Below are positions 23,727 to 33,074 of a DNA stretch of 34,095 nucleotides, piece after piece. Each line of letters begins with the position of its first letter. Position 1 is the first letter of the stretch. The stretch is from positions 1-34,095 of the forward strand of contig JAXLQJ010000071.1 in assembly GCA_046331705.1 (NCBI GenBank). Reading direction: 5' to 3'. The position numbers were made by a program, and so were the translations under genes. Under the pieces are notes generated by a model. That model worked only from the letters and a program-made list of their open reading frames with translations. It was not told where the DNA came from and searched no databases. Origin of the DNA: a bacterium. GTDB taxonomy: Bacteria; JADJOY01.

Positions 23727-24002
23727 ATGACCAAGGACGATCTCGTTCTCCTCATCCATGAACGAACCGGATTCTCGAAGGTCGAGTCGGCCGAGATTCT
23801 CGAGGAGATCCTCAACTTGTTGAAGGAGCGCCTCGCCGACGGCGACCACGTCAAGCTGAGTGGTTTCGGTAAGTTCCAGGTGAGCCACAAGCGTGCGCGC
23901 AAGGGCCGCAACCCGATCACGGGCAAAGAGATCGAGATCAGCGCGCGCCGCGTGTTGACCTTCAAGCCGAGCCAGAAGTTGCGCAAGGCGCTGAATCACT
24001 GA
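23727..24002 (+). CDS. ihfA: Integration host factor subunit alpha (HU/IHF family)
   Basis: MTKDDL, VKLSGFGKF, RKGRNPITGKEIEISARRVLTFKPSQKL; GGAGG RBS. Confidence 0.88.
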   Translation: MTKDDLVLLIHERTGFSKVESAEILEEILNLLKERLADGDHVKLSGFGKFQVSHKRARKGRNPITGKEIEISARRVLTFKPSQKLRKALNH

Positions 24003-24138
24003 GAGTTTCCGCCCGGCCGAGCCACATCCCCGACGGCTCGCGGCCGCGAGCGTGTGAGCCGTCGTTGGCGCCCCGGTACTCGACAACCCGGACTCGTCCT
24101 CGCGCTCAGCGCCGCGGCGTCGCAACCCGGGGCGCGAC

Positions 24139-26784
24139 GTGAAGTCGAGCCATCGCGATGCGTTGCGTGGCGTCGTCACGACGTCCGCGCTCGGCGTGTT
24201 GCTGGTGCTGGGCGCGCTGCAGGTCGTCGTGCCGGCAGGCGTCGGCACGGGGGCCATCGAGAGCGCGGGGACGAGTGGCGCGTGGCCCGAGGGCTCCTGG
24301 TCGTTCCAGATCGCTTGGCTTCGGCTGGTTCCCGTCGCGGTTCTCCTCGGTTGCGCGTTCCAGGTTGCGGTGCTGCTGGCCTTGCTTCGGGCTTCCGTCG
24401 GAGCACCGGACGGGGCGGGGGAGGTAGACGCCGAGCACGGCCTTGCGGCCCTGAAGCGCCTGCCGCTGCTGTCGTTGCTGGCGACGCTCGGCGGCTGGGC
24501 GGCGAGCGCAGGCATCGTCGCCGCGCGAGTCCGATCGGCGGCGAATCCAGCGATCGGCGCTCCCGCCGCGCTGGCGCTCACCGTGCTCGCCGTGGGCGTC
24601 GCGGTGGCCCCGCTTCGCTACTACGCCACGCGCGCCGCTCTCCGACGTCGCTTTCGAGATGGGATTGAACCCGCGGCGAGCGCCACGGCGCCGCTCGCGG
24701 CCGCGAGCCTGCCGTTGCGCGTCAAGCTCTGGCTGGGCGTGGTGCTGCCGAGCTTCGCGGTGCTGGTCCTCGTCGCCTGCGCGACGCTCGCGCTGGGCGC
24801 TCGAGCGAGCTTCGAGGCGGCGCGCTGGCACGTCGACGAGTCGGCGCACCAGCTGGCCGGGCTGGTGGATGCCGCGGTGCGCAAGCTCGAGCTCCCTGGC
24901 GCCGCGGCGCAGCGCGCCGCCAGCGAGCTCATGAATCAGCTCGATCGCCGGGCCGCGCAGGGCGAGCTCGCCCTGGTGGACCGCGCCGGCCGAGTGATCG
25001 CGGGACGGCTGGCGCTCCTCGATCCACGGCGCGCGCTCGCCGCCCTGGAGAACGGCGTCGCGGTCTCGCGGCTCGGCGAACCCGTGGCGAGCGGCGCGAA
25101 GCTGGACACCGCCGATCTGTGGTTGATCGTGGTGCAGCCATCGCCCGTGGCGGGCGTGTTCACGAGCCTGCTCGATCCACGCGTCGGGTTGCTCGGCCTG
25201 GCCGGCACCTTCTGGCTGCTCGCGCTCGCTTGGCTCGCGGCGCGCGACGTGGTGAGCGATGCAGCCATGATCCGCTCCCGGGTGGCCGATCTGGCGGCGC
25301 ACGGGAGCACGCCCACCCGGCTGGCCGACTTCCTGCTCGACGACGAGCTGGCGGCGGCCAGTGGCGCGATCCAGGACGTGGCCCACGAGCTGCGACGGCA
25401 GCATCGACGCCAGACCAAGCTCGCCAGCGCGTACGAGTCGAGCGCGCAACGGGCCAAGCAGCTCGCGCGCGAGGCGATGGCGGCGTTCCGCGACTCCCTC
25501 GCACGAGTCGACGGGACACGCCGCGCGGTCGTCGAGCTCGACGAGGCCGGGAACGCGCTCGCCGAGCTCTGGACGAGCGTGGCGCGAAACGTGAGCGCCG
25601 TGGCGCCGCTCAGCTCCGCGACCGCGCTCGCGCTCGAGGGAACGCTGGCGACGTGCGATCAGATGGCGCGCGACGTGAACGACGCCCGCGCGCGGATCGC
25701 CGAGCTGGTTGCGGCGGCGCGGCCCGTCCTGGAGTCGGCGCAAGCGCTCCGCGCGACGGCGGAATCGGCGACCAGCGCCGCGGCGGTCGCCGAGGATCTG
25801 CAGCGCGCGCTCACCCGCGAGATCCGAGCGTCGCGCGAGGGCATGCAGCCGCTCGAGGACCAGGCGCGCGTCGTGGAACGCGCCCTCGCGACCGCCAGCG
25901 AGCGCGGCGATCGCGTGCGCGTGGCGATGGGTGACGTCGGCCAGGCCGTGCACCGGATCGAGGAAGCGGTGGGCGGCGTGGCGCACAGCATCGCGGTGAT
26001 GGAGGAGATCGCCGATCGCAGCGCGCTGCTGGCGGTCAACGTCGCGATCCTCGCGGCGCGCTCGGGGGCGGGAGCAGGGGGCTTCGGGATCGTCGCCGAC
26101 GAGATGCGAGACCTGGCGCAGCGCGCGGGCGACGGCGTTCGGGAAGCGGGCGGCACCGCCGCAGCGCTGAGCCGCGACACCCACGCAGCCGTGCTCGGAG
26201 TCGAGGCGGTGCTCGCGCGCCTCGAGCAAGCGGCCGCTGGGGTGCGCGAGGCGCGCGCCGCCAGTCACGACCTCGGCGGCGTCGTTGCCCTGGCCACGGC
26301 CGCCGCCGAGCGCATCGAGGAGACGGTGGCCAGGGGTGCCGCCGACACGTTGCGCGCGCGCGAGCAGCTCGATCTCCTGGTGACCACGGGCCAGCGAATG
26401 CTCGTCGGACAGGAACCGATGGCGGCCGAGCTGGACCGCAGCGTCGCCGTGGACACCGTGCTGCGCATGGCGAGCGCCGAGCTGAGCGGCTCGATTCGGT
26501 CGGCGCTGGCGCGCGGGCGAGATCGGCTGCGCGAGCCGATGCTCGCCGCCGAAGGCGTCGAGCGGGTGTCCGCCCTCACGCGCCAGGTGCGGCAGCTCGT
26601 GAGTGGAATCGTGTCCAGCGCGAGCGGTGCCGACGAAGCGTCCGTGCGCGCGCTGAGCCAGCTCGAGGCCTCGATCGCCGAGCTCGAGCGCGCCAGTCGA
26701 CCGCACGCCGAGGCGGCGGAAGCGAGCGCCGCTGCGAATGCCAACGCGCCCGGTGAACGGTCCGAATCGTCGCGTTTCACCTAG
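24139..26784 (+). CDS. Multi-TM methyl-accepting chemotaxis-like protein with degenerate signalling tip
   Basis: About six hydrophobic segments, HAMP-like DDELAAAS, long Ala-rich coiled coil with EIADRSALLAVNVAILAARSGAGAGGFGIVADEMRDLAQR; start codon uncertain. Confidence 0.75.
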   Translation: MKSSHRDALRGVVTTSALGVLLVLGALQVVVPAGVGTGAIESAGTSGAWPEGSWSFQIAWLRLVPVAVLLGCAFQVAVLLALLRASVGAPDGAGEVDAEHGLAALKRLPLLSLLATLGGWAASAGIVAARVRSAANPAIGAPAALALTVLAVGVAVAPLRYYATRAALRRRFRDGIEPAASATAPLAAASLPLRVKLWLGVVLPSFAVLVLVACATLALGARASFEAARWHVDESAHQLAGLVDAAVRKLELPGAAAQRAASELMNQLDRRAAQGELALVDRAGRVIAGRLALLDPRRALAALENGVAVSRLGEPVASGAKLDTADLWLIVVQPSPVAGVFTSLLDPRVGLLGLAGTFWLLALAWLAARDVVSDAAMIRSRVADLAAHGSTPTRLADFLLDDELAAASGAIQDVAHELRRQHRRQTKLASAYESSAQRAKQLAREAMAAFRDSLARVDGTRRAVVELDEAGNALAELWTSVARNVSAVAPLSSATALALEGTLATCDQMARDVNDARARIAELVAAARPVLESAQALRATAESATSAAAVAEDLQRALTREIRASREGMQPLEDQARVVERALATASERGDRVRVAMGDVGQAVHRIEEAVGGVAHSIAVMEEIADRSALLAVNVAILAARSGAGAGGFGIVADEMRDLAQRAGDGVREAGGTAAALSRDTHAAVLGVEAVLARLEQAAAGVREARAASHDLGGVVALATAAAERIEETVARGAADTLRAREQLDLLVTTGQRMLVGQEPMAAELDRSVAVDTVLRMASAELSGSIRSALARGRDRLREPMLAAEGVERVSALTRQVRQLVSGIVSSASGADEASVRALSQLEASIAELERASRPHAEAAEASAAANANAPGERSESSRFT

Positions 26785-26889
26785 CGCCGAGTGTCAAGTC
26801 CGCCCGATCCACTCGGGCGCACGTGGTCTCCCGCCGATTCAAGCCTCCATAATCACGGGCTTTTCCGCGAACTTTCCGAACGGTGCCGC

Positions 26890-26905
26890 TGGCATCCCGG
26901 TTGCT
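26890..26905 (+). promoter_or_regulatory. Sigma54 (-24/-12) promoter
   Basis: TGGCATCCCGGTTGCT: GG and GC separated by exactly 10 nt, matching TGGCAC-N5-TTGC; 36 nt before ATG 26942. Confidence 0.72.
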
Positions 26906-26941
26906 TTCCTCGGTGGTGGGGGAGACGCCCGGAGATGCCCG

Positions 26942-27367
26942 ATGCCGAGTAACCGAACGCACGCGCTCGCCACGCGCGAAACCACCAAGAGTCGCGCCGC
27001 GCGGCGCGGGACGAGAGTGGCGGAGCCGACCAGCGCCGGGCCGACACCCGCGGAGCTGCGCAAGGAGCTCGCCGAGCTACCGGTGCAGGTGCGACGTCAG
27101 AGCTGGCAGATTCAGTTTCTCGTCGAGGAGCTGCGCAGCGTCTCCACCGATGTCGAGCGGAACGTGATCCTCGACTGGCTCGACGACGCGAAGCGCAAGC
27201 GCAACGAGCTCGAATCCACGCTGCGCGAACGGCAAGCGCTCTACGAGGGCCTCATGCGACAGCGGCGCCGCCGCACGGCGGGCGCGCGTCATCGCCCGAG
27301 CGCGAAGGGTGCCGATGCCGGGGCCGCCGTGGCGATTCGCGCGGTGAGCGCGACGAAACGCGGCTGA
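26942..27367 (+). CDS. Hypothetical basic protein with central helical hairpin
   Basis: GGAG 7 nt before ATG; 141 aa; amphipathic helices LRKELAELPVQVRRQSWQIQFLVEELR / VILDWLDDAKRKRNELESTLRERQALYEGL; Arg-rich ends. Confidence 0.65.
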   Translation: MPSNRTHALATRETTKSRAARRGTRVAEPTSAGPTPAELRKELAELPVQVRRQSWQIQFLVEELRSVSTDVERNVILDWLDDAKRKRNELESTLRERQALYEGLMRQRRRRTAGARHRPSAKGADAGAAVAIRAVSATKRG

Positions 27368-27582
27368 GCCTCGGGGCGCAGCGGGCTTCCAGGTCGACGG
27401 ACGATCGCGCCCGATCGCACTGGGTAGCGGGTCCGGCGTCCTTCCGCCGTCGCTCGCTCCCGATCGTCCGCTCGTCGCCCGCGCGATCTCGCCTTCCCGC
27501 GGAACGCGTTCGGTGCGCGTGTCTCGCCGTCGCTCACGGCCCGCAGTATTCTGCCCGCGGAGTCCACCCGAACTCGGCGCGC

Positions 27583-27897
27583 ATGAGCTCGACACCGCAT
27601 TCCTTCGCAGCCACGATCGGGCTCACGCTCCTCGTCGCCGCTTTCTCGGCGCGGTCCGCGCTCGCCGCGCCGCCCGTGGCGCCCGGTGCAGCGACGCCGA
27701 TCACGCTCGGCAGCCCCGCCGTCGATTTCTCGGTCGGCAGCGCCGGGGTGGGCAGCGACGCGGCGGTCTATTTCTGGATCGACCAGAGCGGCGTGACGCA
27801 CTTCACCGACGAGCCGGGTGAGTTCGGCAAGCGCTATCGCGACTTCTTCCGTCCCATCGATCTCTTCGTCAACACGGCAGGCCAGCCGAAGCGGTGA
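27583..27897 (+). CDS. Small exported protein with DUF4124-like motif
   Basis: Signal-peptide-like N-terminus (IGLTLLVAAFSARSALA), motif VYFWIDQSGVTHFTDEP. Confidence 0.65.
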   Translation: MSSTPHSFAATIGLTLLVAAFSARSALAAPPVAPGAATPITLGSPAVDFSVGSAGVGSDAAVYFWIDQSGVTHFTDEPGEFGKRYRDFFRPIDLFVNTAGQPKR

Positions 27898-27927
27898 GCG
27901 AGCGCGCGCTCGTTCACCGGGAACGTC

Positions 27928-29259
27928 GTGACTCGCCCGCACCCGCCATCGATCGCGGGACGCGTGCGGGCGTGGCTCGGCGCGCGACTCGGCGCCCGTG
28001 GAGTGCGCCTTCGATTCGAGGCGTTCGGCGGGGTGATCGCCCTCGAGCGGCCGCCGCTGCTGGCCTTCGTCGACCGCGACTTCCTGCGTCGGCTGGGCTT
28101 CGGTGAGCAACCAGTCTGGAAATCCTCGCGAACCCAGCTCAGCGCTCCCACGGAAGTCCACCTCACGCTGACCCGTGCGTGTCCCGTCGGCTGTCGCGGC
28201 TGCTACGTCGACGCGGCGGCGCCCGCGCCGGGCGAGCTCTCGACGGCGCAGGTCTGCGCGTTGCTCGACGATCTCGCAAGCGCCGGCGTGCTGCACGTCG
28301 CCATGGGGGGCGGCGAGTCGTATCTGCGCCCGGATCTCTTCACGCTTGCGGCCCACGCCCGCGAGCGAGGGATGGTGCCGAACGTGACCACCAGCGGGCT
28401 GGGCATGACCGCGGAGCTGGCCAAGCGTTCGCGCGTGTTCGGCCAGGTGAACGTGAGCGTCGATGGCTGCGAAGGCTGGGACGACGCCGCCGGCCGACCC
28501 GCGGGTTCCTGGCGGACCGCCGCGAGCGCCTTGGCACTGCTGCGCGCTGCGGGGGTGCGGGCGGGCGTCAACTGCGTCGTCACGCGACACAACGTGGATC
28601 GCCTCGAGACGCTGGCCCGCGCCGTGCGCGCCCTCGGCGTGCGCGAGATCGAGTTCCTGCGGCTCAAGCCCACCGGTCGCGGCGCGGTCGACTACGCCCG
28701 CCTGGTGCTGACTCCCGCTCAGGCGCGCGCGGTCTATCCGCTCGTCCTCGGGCTCGCTCGCTCCGCGCGGATCCGGCCTCGCATCGACTGCTCGTTCCTG
28801 CCGATGGCGTGTCATCACCGACCCGATCCCGAACGGATGCGCTTGCTGGGCATGCTGGGATGCGAGGCTGGGCATCATCTGGCTTCCGTCGACTCGGTGG
28901 GACGCGTGCACGCTTGCAGCTTCCTCGACGATGGCCAGGTGCTCGCCGGCGGGCTCGCGGCCGAGTGGGACGCGGCCGACGCGCTGGTGCGCTACCGGAG
29001 CTTCAAGAGCGTTGCGCCGGAGCCGTGCCGCTCGTGCGAGTACCTCGACGTCTGCGGCGGCGGCTGCCGAGCGGTGGCGCGATTCGTCTCGGGAGACGCG
29101 CTCAGCCCCGATCCGGAATGCCCACGGGTCGAGGATTGGCGCGCGCGGCAGGACCCCGGCTCACCCACGCTCGCGCGGCGCGACGAGCTCCTCGTCGACC
29201 CAGCGCACCAGGCTGCCCACGCAGGCGATCCCGTCGTGTCGCCACATCATCGAGGGTAA
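27928..29259 (+). CDS. Radical SAM enzyme with SPASM domain (MftC/PqqE-like)
   Basis: CPVGCRGC (CxxxCxxC), MGGGE, VSVDG, GCEAG..VHACSF, CRSCEYLDVCGGGCR, DPECP. Confidence 0.9.
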   Translation: MTRPHPPSIAGRVRAWLGARLGARGVRLRFEAFGGVIALERPPLLAFVDRDFLRRLGFGEQPVWKSSRTQLSAPTEVHLTLTRACPVGCRGCYVDAAAPAPGELSTAQVCALLDDLASAGVLHVAMGGGESYLRPDLFTLAAHARERGMVPNVTTSGLGMTAELAKRSRVFGQVNVSVDGCEGWDDAAGRPAGSWRTAASALALLRAAGVRAGVNCVVTRHNVDRLETLARAVRALGVREIEFLRLKPTGRGAVDYARLVLTPAQARAVYPLVLGLARSARIRPRIDCSFLPMACHHRPDPERMRLLGMLGCEAGHHLASVDSVGRVHACSFLDDGQVLAGGLAAEWDAADALVRYRSFKSVAPEPCRSCEYLDVCGGGCRAVARFVSGDALSPDPECPRVEDWRARQDPGSPTLARRDELLVDPAHQAAHAGDPVVSPHHRG

Positions 29260-30612
29260 GCCGGCGAGCCCGGGGCGCGTGATGCGCGTGACACCCAGCG
29301 CCGCCAACGCGCGTGCGAGCGCCACGCGGCGCTCCTCGCATGCCTCGATGCACGCCACCTGAAGGTGGGCGCCGGCGGGTCGGACGCGATCGACGACGTC
29401 CTCGATCGTCGGCACCGACACGATCCGCACGAATCGCCCACGCGGCGCCGGCGCGAGCGACGCCGCGTCCTCCAGCACCACCGCGAAGCCGGGCGCATCG
29501 GCGATCACCTCGACGGCTTCCCCCGCCGCGCCGCGAAGCGCCAGGGTGTCGAGCGATTGCCGAAAGCGCGCGCGATCGCCGAGCGGAAGGCGTGCAGGCG
29601 GGAGGCGCTCGGCCCACACGCACATGGCGTCGGCCACCGCGTGGGCGAACGCGCGCGGCGAACCCTCCCCCCCGGCCTCGACGAACGCCAGCTGCGGGCT
29701 CAGGCACGCCTCCCGGTCGAAGAGCGAGAAATCGTACGCGACGCGATCGGCGAGCTCTCGAACGTCGCCCGCCAACGCCTCGCGTCCGATCGCCGTGAAC
29801 CCGAGTCGATGGCCGTGCCAGGTCGCGCGCTTGCCCACCGGCACGCGGCGCGCGAGCCCGGCGAGCGCGGCCGTGCCGCCGTACGCGATCAGGTGCTCGC
29901 TGTGCTCGAGGAACGCGTCGAGGAGCGCGGCGTGGTCGGGATCGAAGTCCACGATCGCGAGCGCCGCCCCGAGCTCGCCGTCGACGCGCGCCAGCGTGCG
30001 CGCGAAGAGCGGCAGGAAGATCGGCTCGTCTCGCGAGCTGCGGATCCAGCACGCCGATTTGACGAGCAGCGCGCGGGTCGCGATCAGGTGCGGAAGCCCC
30101 GGGATGTTGGCGCTCGCGATGCCGCCGACCAGCAGCGGCGCGACGGCGTGGCGCCGCCCGCCGAGCGCCGGGTCGTCGACGAAGCCGTCGAGGACACCGG
30201 CGCCACCGAGCTCGGAGCGCAGCGCGCGCTCGAGGTGAGGGCCAAGGCTCGACTCGAACTCGAGGTCGAGGGCATGCGCGACCATGGGCGCGGAAAAGCC
30301 CGTCCACGCGGCGATCGCCTCGATGGCCGTGCGACGCTCGGGCGTCGCCGGATCGAGCCAGAGCCGCGCCACCCGATCCAGGGCGGCGATGATCGAGGCC
30401 ACGGGGCGCAGTCGCAGCCGGTCGCGCGCCTCGGTCGCGAGCACCGTCGCGACCTGGGCGAGTTCCGCGCGGCCGAGCCCGACCCGCCGCAGCGTGAGCG
30501 AAACACCCGCCGGGCCGCGCCGCTCGACGGTTTCGACCTGCGCCGCGACGTTCGCGAGTGCCGCGACCCGCGGCGGGAGCCAGCAGGTGTCGAGGAGTTC
30601 GGCGACGCTCAC
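29161..30612 (-). CDS. LuxC-like acyl-CoA/acyl-protein reductase
   Basis: GTG overlaps the luxE-like stop; IASANIPG, ALLVKS, IAYGGTAA, FDREACLSPQ (catalytic Cys), GVTRITRPG, WRHDG. Confidence 0.85.
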   Translation of the reverse strand: MSVAELLDTCWLPPRVAALANVAAQVETVERRGPAGVSLTLRRVGLGRAELAQVATVLATEARDRLRLRPVASIIAALDRVARLWLDPATPERRTAIEAIAAWTGFSAPMVAHALDLEFESSLGPHLERALRSELGGAGVLDGFVDDPALGGRRHAVAPLLVGGIASANIPGLPHLIATRALLVKSACWIRSSRDEPIFLPLFARTLARVDGELGAALAIVDFDPDHAALLDAFLEHSEHLIAYGGTAALAGLARRVPVGKRATWHGHRLGFTAIGREALAGDVRELADRVAYDFSLFDREACLSPQLAFVEAGGEGSPRAFAHAVADAMCVWAERLPPARLPLGDRARFRQSLDTLALRGAAGEAVEVIADAPGFAVVLEDAASLAPAPRGRFVRIVSVPTIEDVVDRVRPAGAHLQVACIEACEERRVALARALAALGVTRITRPGLAGLPSMMWRHDGIACVGSLVRWVDEELVAPRERG

Positions 30613-31751
30613 GAGCCTGCCTGCGCGGCGCGCCAGTCCTCGAGATCGAGCGAGCACCCGCGGGCCTCCGCACCCGCGGCGCGCCCCAGGATCTCGAAGC
30701 GGCCGTCCGGGAATGCCACTCCCACGTCGTCGCTCTGGACGCAGAGCGGCCGCTCGACGTTGGCGAGATCGAGGTGGCGCAGCACGCCGATCTCGCCGCG
30801 AGGCAACGGCTCGCCGCGCTCGGGGTCGACGACCCAGGTGCGAGCCCAGGGTGCCGGCTCCTTGCCGCGCGACCTCGACCCGTCTCCCGCCAGCGAATCC
30901 GCCAGCATGCCGTCGTAGTGCTGGCTCGCGAGCTCGGTCATGCCGAGCAGGTTGATGCAGCGGTCCGACGGGATGCCGAGAAGCTCCGCGACCCGCGCAC
31001 GCACGACCGAGCCATCGATCGGTGCGCCCTCCCGCTTGGCGCCACCGGCGTGCATCACGCGACTTCCCACCGGCAGACGGAAGGGGCGACCACGCGCCGC
31101 CGTGGCATCGAGGATCGCCACCAGCGCCGACGATGCGCCGGCGAGCGTGACGGGAACCGCATCGGCCTCGGCGCCGGCGAGCGCGGCGGCCACGCGCGCC
31201 ACGTCGAGGCCCGCCGGGCCGACACAGAACTCGCTGCCGGCCGAGCCGAACCGCTCGATGAGGTGTGCGATCCCGTAGGCCATGATGCGCTCGGGATCGG
31301 CGGTGGGCGAGGGCGCGAGCGCGAGGATTCGCGTCCCGAGCGCGTCGGGAAAGAGCATCGCGCCGGCGCGGACCTCGATCGCGACGTCCATGAGCGCCAA
31401 TCCCTCGCGGGAAAAGCACGCTTCACCACGAGCGGCACCGCTGGTGCCGCTGGTGCGAAAGACGCGGACGACGTCGGCATCGTCACCGGCGAAGAGACGC
31501 AGCTGCTTGAACGCCTCGGTGGGAACGGCGGGGATGTCGGCGAGGGTGCGAACGGACGTGGCCTCGACGCCGCGAGTGCCGCACCAGCGTCCGTACGCGG
31601 GAATCGCCCGACACTGGAACGCGAAGACCTCGCGCGCCAGCTCGTCCCAGTCGACGACGGGAGCGCCCGGGCGGGTACCGCTCGCGCGAATCGCGTCCGC
31701 GACACGCTCGGTGAGCACGGCGCGCTGCGCGGCGATGGAGGTCCCGTTCAT
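30609..31751 (-). CDS. LuxE-like acyl-protein synthetase
   Basis: IPAVPTEAFK, FRTSGTSG, LGMTELASQ, LDLAN..VQSDDVG, FEILGRAAGAEARGCS (acyl-accepting Cys). Confidence 0.87.
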   Translation of the reverse strand: MNGTSIAAQRAVLTERVADAIRASGTRPGAPVVDWDELAREVFAFQCRAIPAYGRWCGTRGVEATSVRTLADIPAVPTEAFKQLRLFAGDDADVVRVFRTSGTSGAARGEACFSREGLALMDVAIEVRAGAMLFPDALGTRILALAPSPTADPERIMAYGIAHLIERFGSAGSEFCVGPAGLDVARVAAALAGAEADAVPVTLAGASSALVAILDATAARGRPFRLPVGSRVMHAGGAKREGAPIDGSVVRARVAELLGIPSDRCINLLGMTELASQHYDGMLADSLAGDGSRSRGKEPAPWARTWVVDPERGEPLPRGEIGVLRHLDLANVERPLCVQSDDVGVAFPDGRFEILGRAAGAEARGCSLDLEDWRAAQAGS

Positions 31752-31763
31752 CGCGGGTCTCGT

Positions 31764-33074
31764 TCAGACGCCAGCCGCGATCGCAGGCGCCGCTGGATCG
31801 CGATGCAGCGCAAGCTCGCGGCCGTGCACTCCCGCGCGAACCGCGGTACGCACGTCGTCGCTCGACACGCCGACGGAGACGGCGAGGCGCGCGAGCGGCA
31901 CGTCGTCTCGAGCGAGCTGTTCGGTGAGCGCACGGGCCGCCGCGCCCGCGAGGTGTCGGGAGAAGAGCTCTTCCGCTCGCGCGGCGTCGCCCACGAGCAC
32001 CGCGACGCTGTCGAGCGGCGGCAGCCACCGTGGGGACGCGGACGTGGGGATGGGCCGCGCCGAGCCGCGATACGCGAAGAGATCGGGCTCCTCGCCGAAC
32101 TTGCACACATGGGCGTGCCGGTGGGCGCCGAATCCCGCGGCCACACCGTCCCCCAACGCGGTCAACGTGGCCGCGTACCGGCCCGTGACGTCGCCGGCGG
32201 CGAACACACCCGGCGCCGTCGTCGCGCCATTCGCGTCGACGTGGAGGAAGCCGTTGGGGTCACGACGCACGCCCAGCGCATCGAGCCCGGCGAACGAGAT
32301 CGCGGGCTCGATCTCGAAGCCGTGATAGTCGAGGAACACGGCGCTGCACGCGATCTCCGCCGTCCCGTCGGCGGTCTCGGCGAGGATGGCCTCCACGGCC
32401 GTGGCGCCGCGGAGCCCCCGCAATCGTCCGTCGAGCTGGCGGCCGGGCCACCGTGCCGGCGGCGCGGCGGGCGCCGCGCGACCCGCCGGCTCGATCAGCC
32501 AGGTCACGGCCGTGCGGCCCTCGTCCCTGGCGAGCAACGGGATCAGCAGTGCGCTGTGGGCGTTCCCGACGATCACGAGCCCGCGCTCTCGGCCCAGCTC
32601 GAGCGCCCGCGCCAGCAGCGCTTCCAGGTGAGCGCGACCCTTCATCGCGATCAGCACGCTCGCGGGGAAGAAGCGTTGCTCGTCGCCGAGCGCGCGAAAT
32701 CCCGGCGCCAGCACCGCGGACAGGCATTGGTACACGCGGCTCCCCGCGTGGATCCGAAGTAGCGCGCCCACGCGTTCGATGCGCTCGACGCGCTCGGGTA
32801 CGTGCGGGATCGAGAGAGCCGCGATGTCGGTGGTGAGCCGCGTCACCAGCTCGTCGCCACCCAGCGCCCAGCCGGGACCGGTGAGGACGCACGAGCCGAA
32901 ACGACCCAGGCCACCGAGCGGCGCGGGGTCGAACACCACCACGCTCGACGGAAAGGGATCGAAGCCCTTGACCCAGCGCACGCGAATCGCCGCGGCCAGT
33001 CCCGCCGGGCCACCGCCGACCACGGCCACGTCGTAGTCGTAGGGCGTTCGCCCGGATCGAAGCGCGACGGTCAC
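31764..33074 (-). CDS. FAD-dependent oxidoreductase, thioredoxin-reductase fold without CxxC, with C-terminal extension
   Basis: YDVAVVGGGPAGLAAA, TTAPGVFAAGDVTG..ALGDGVAAG; GTG overlaps the leuD-like stop. Confidence 0.8.
   Translation of the reverse strand: MTVALRSGRTPYDYDVAVVGGGPAGLAAAIRVRWVKGFDPFPSSVVVFDPAPLGGLGRFGSCVLTGPGWALGGDELVTRLTTDIAALSIPHVPERVERIERVGALLRIHAGSRVYQCLSAVLAPGFRALGDEQRFFPASVLIAMKGRAHLEALLARALELGRERGLVIVGNAHSALLIPLLARDEGRTAVTWLIEPAGRAAPAAPPARWPGRQLDGRLRGLRGATAVEAILAETADGTAEIACSAVFLDYHGFEIEPAISFAGLDALGVRRDPNGFLHVDANGATTAPGVFAAGDVTGRYAATLTALGDGVAAGFGAHRHAHVCKFGEEPDLFAYRGSARPIPTSASPRWLPPLDSVAVLVGDAARAEELFSRHLAGAAARALTEQLARDDVPLARLAVSVGVSSDDVRTAVRAGVHGRELALHRDPAAPAIAAGV

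Noticed and set aside
27583-29259. Mycofactocin or PQQ biosynthesis cluster
   Set aside because: No precursor with an IDGxCGVY or ExxxY core and no mftD/E/F or pqqB/C genes are visible
29161-31751. Bioluminescence (lux) operon
   Set aside because: No luxA/luxB luciferase or luxD in the window, and LuxC/LuxE homologues occur in many non-luminous bacteria
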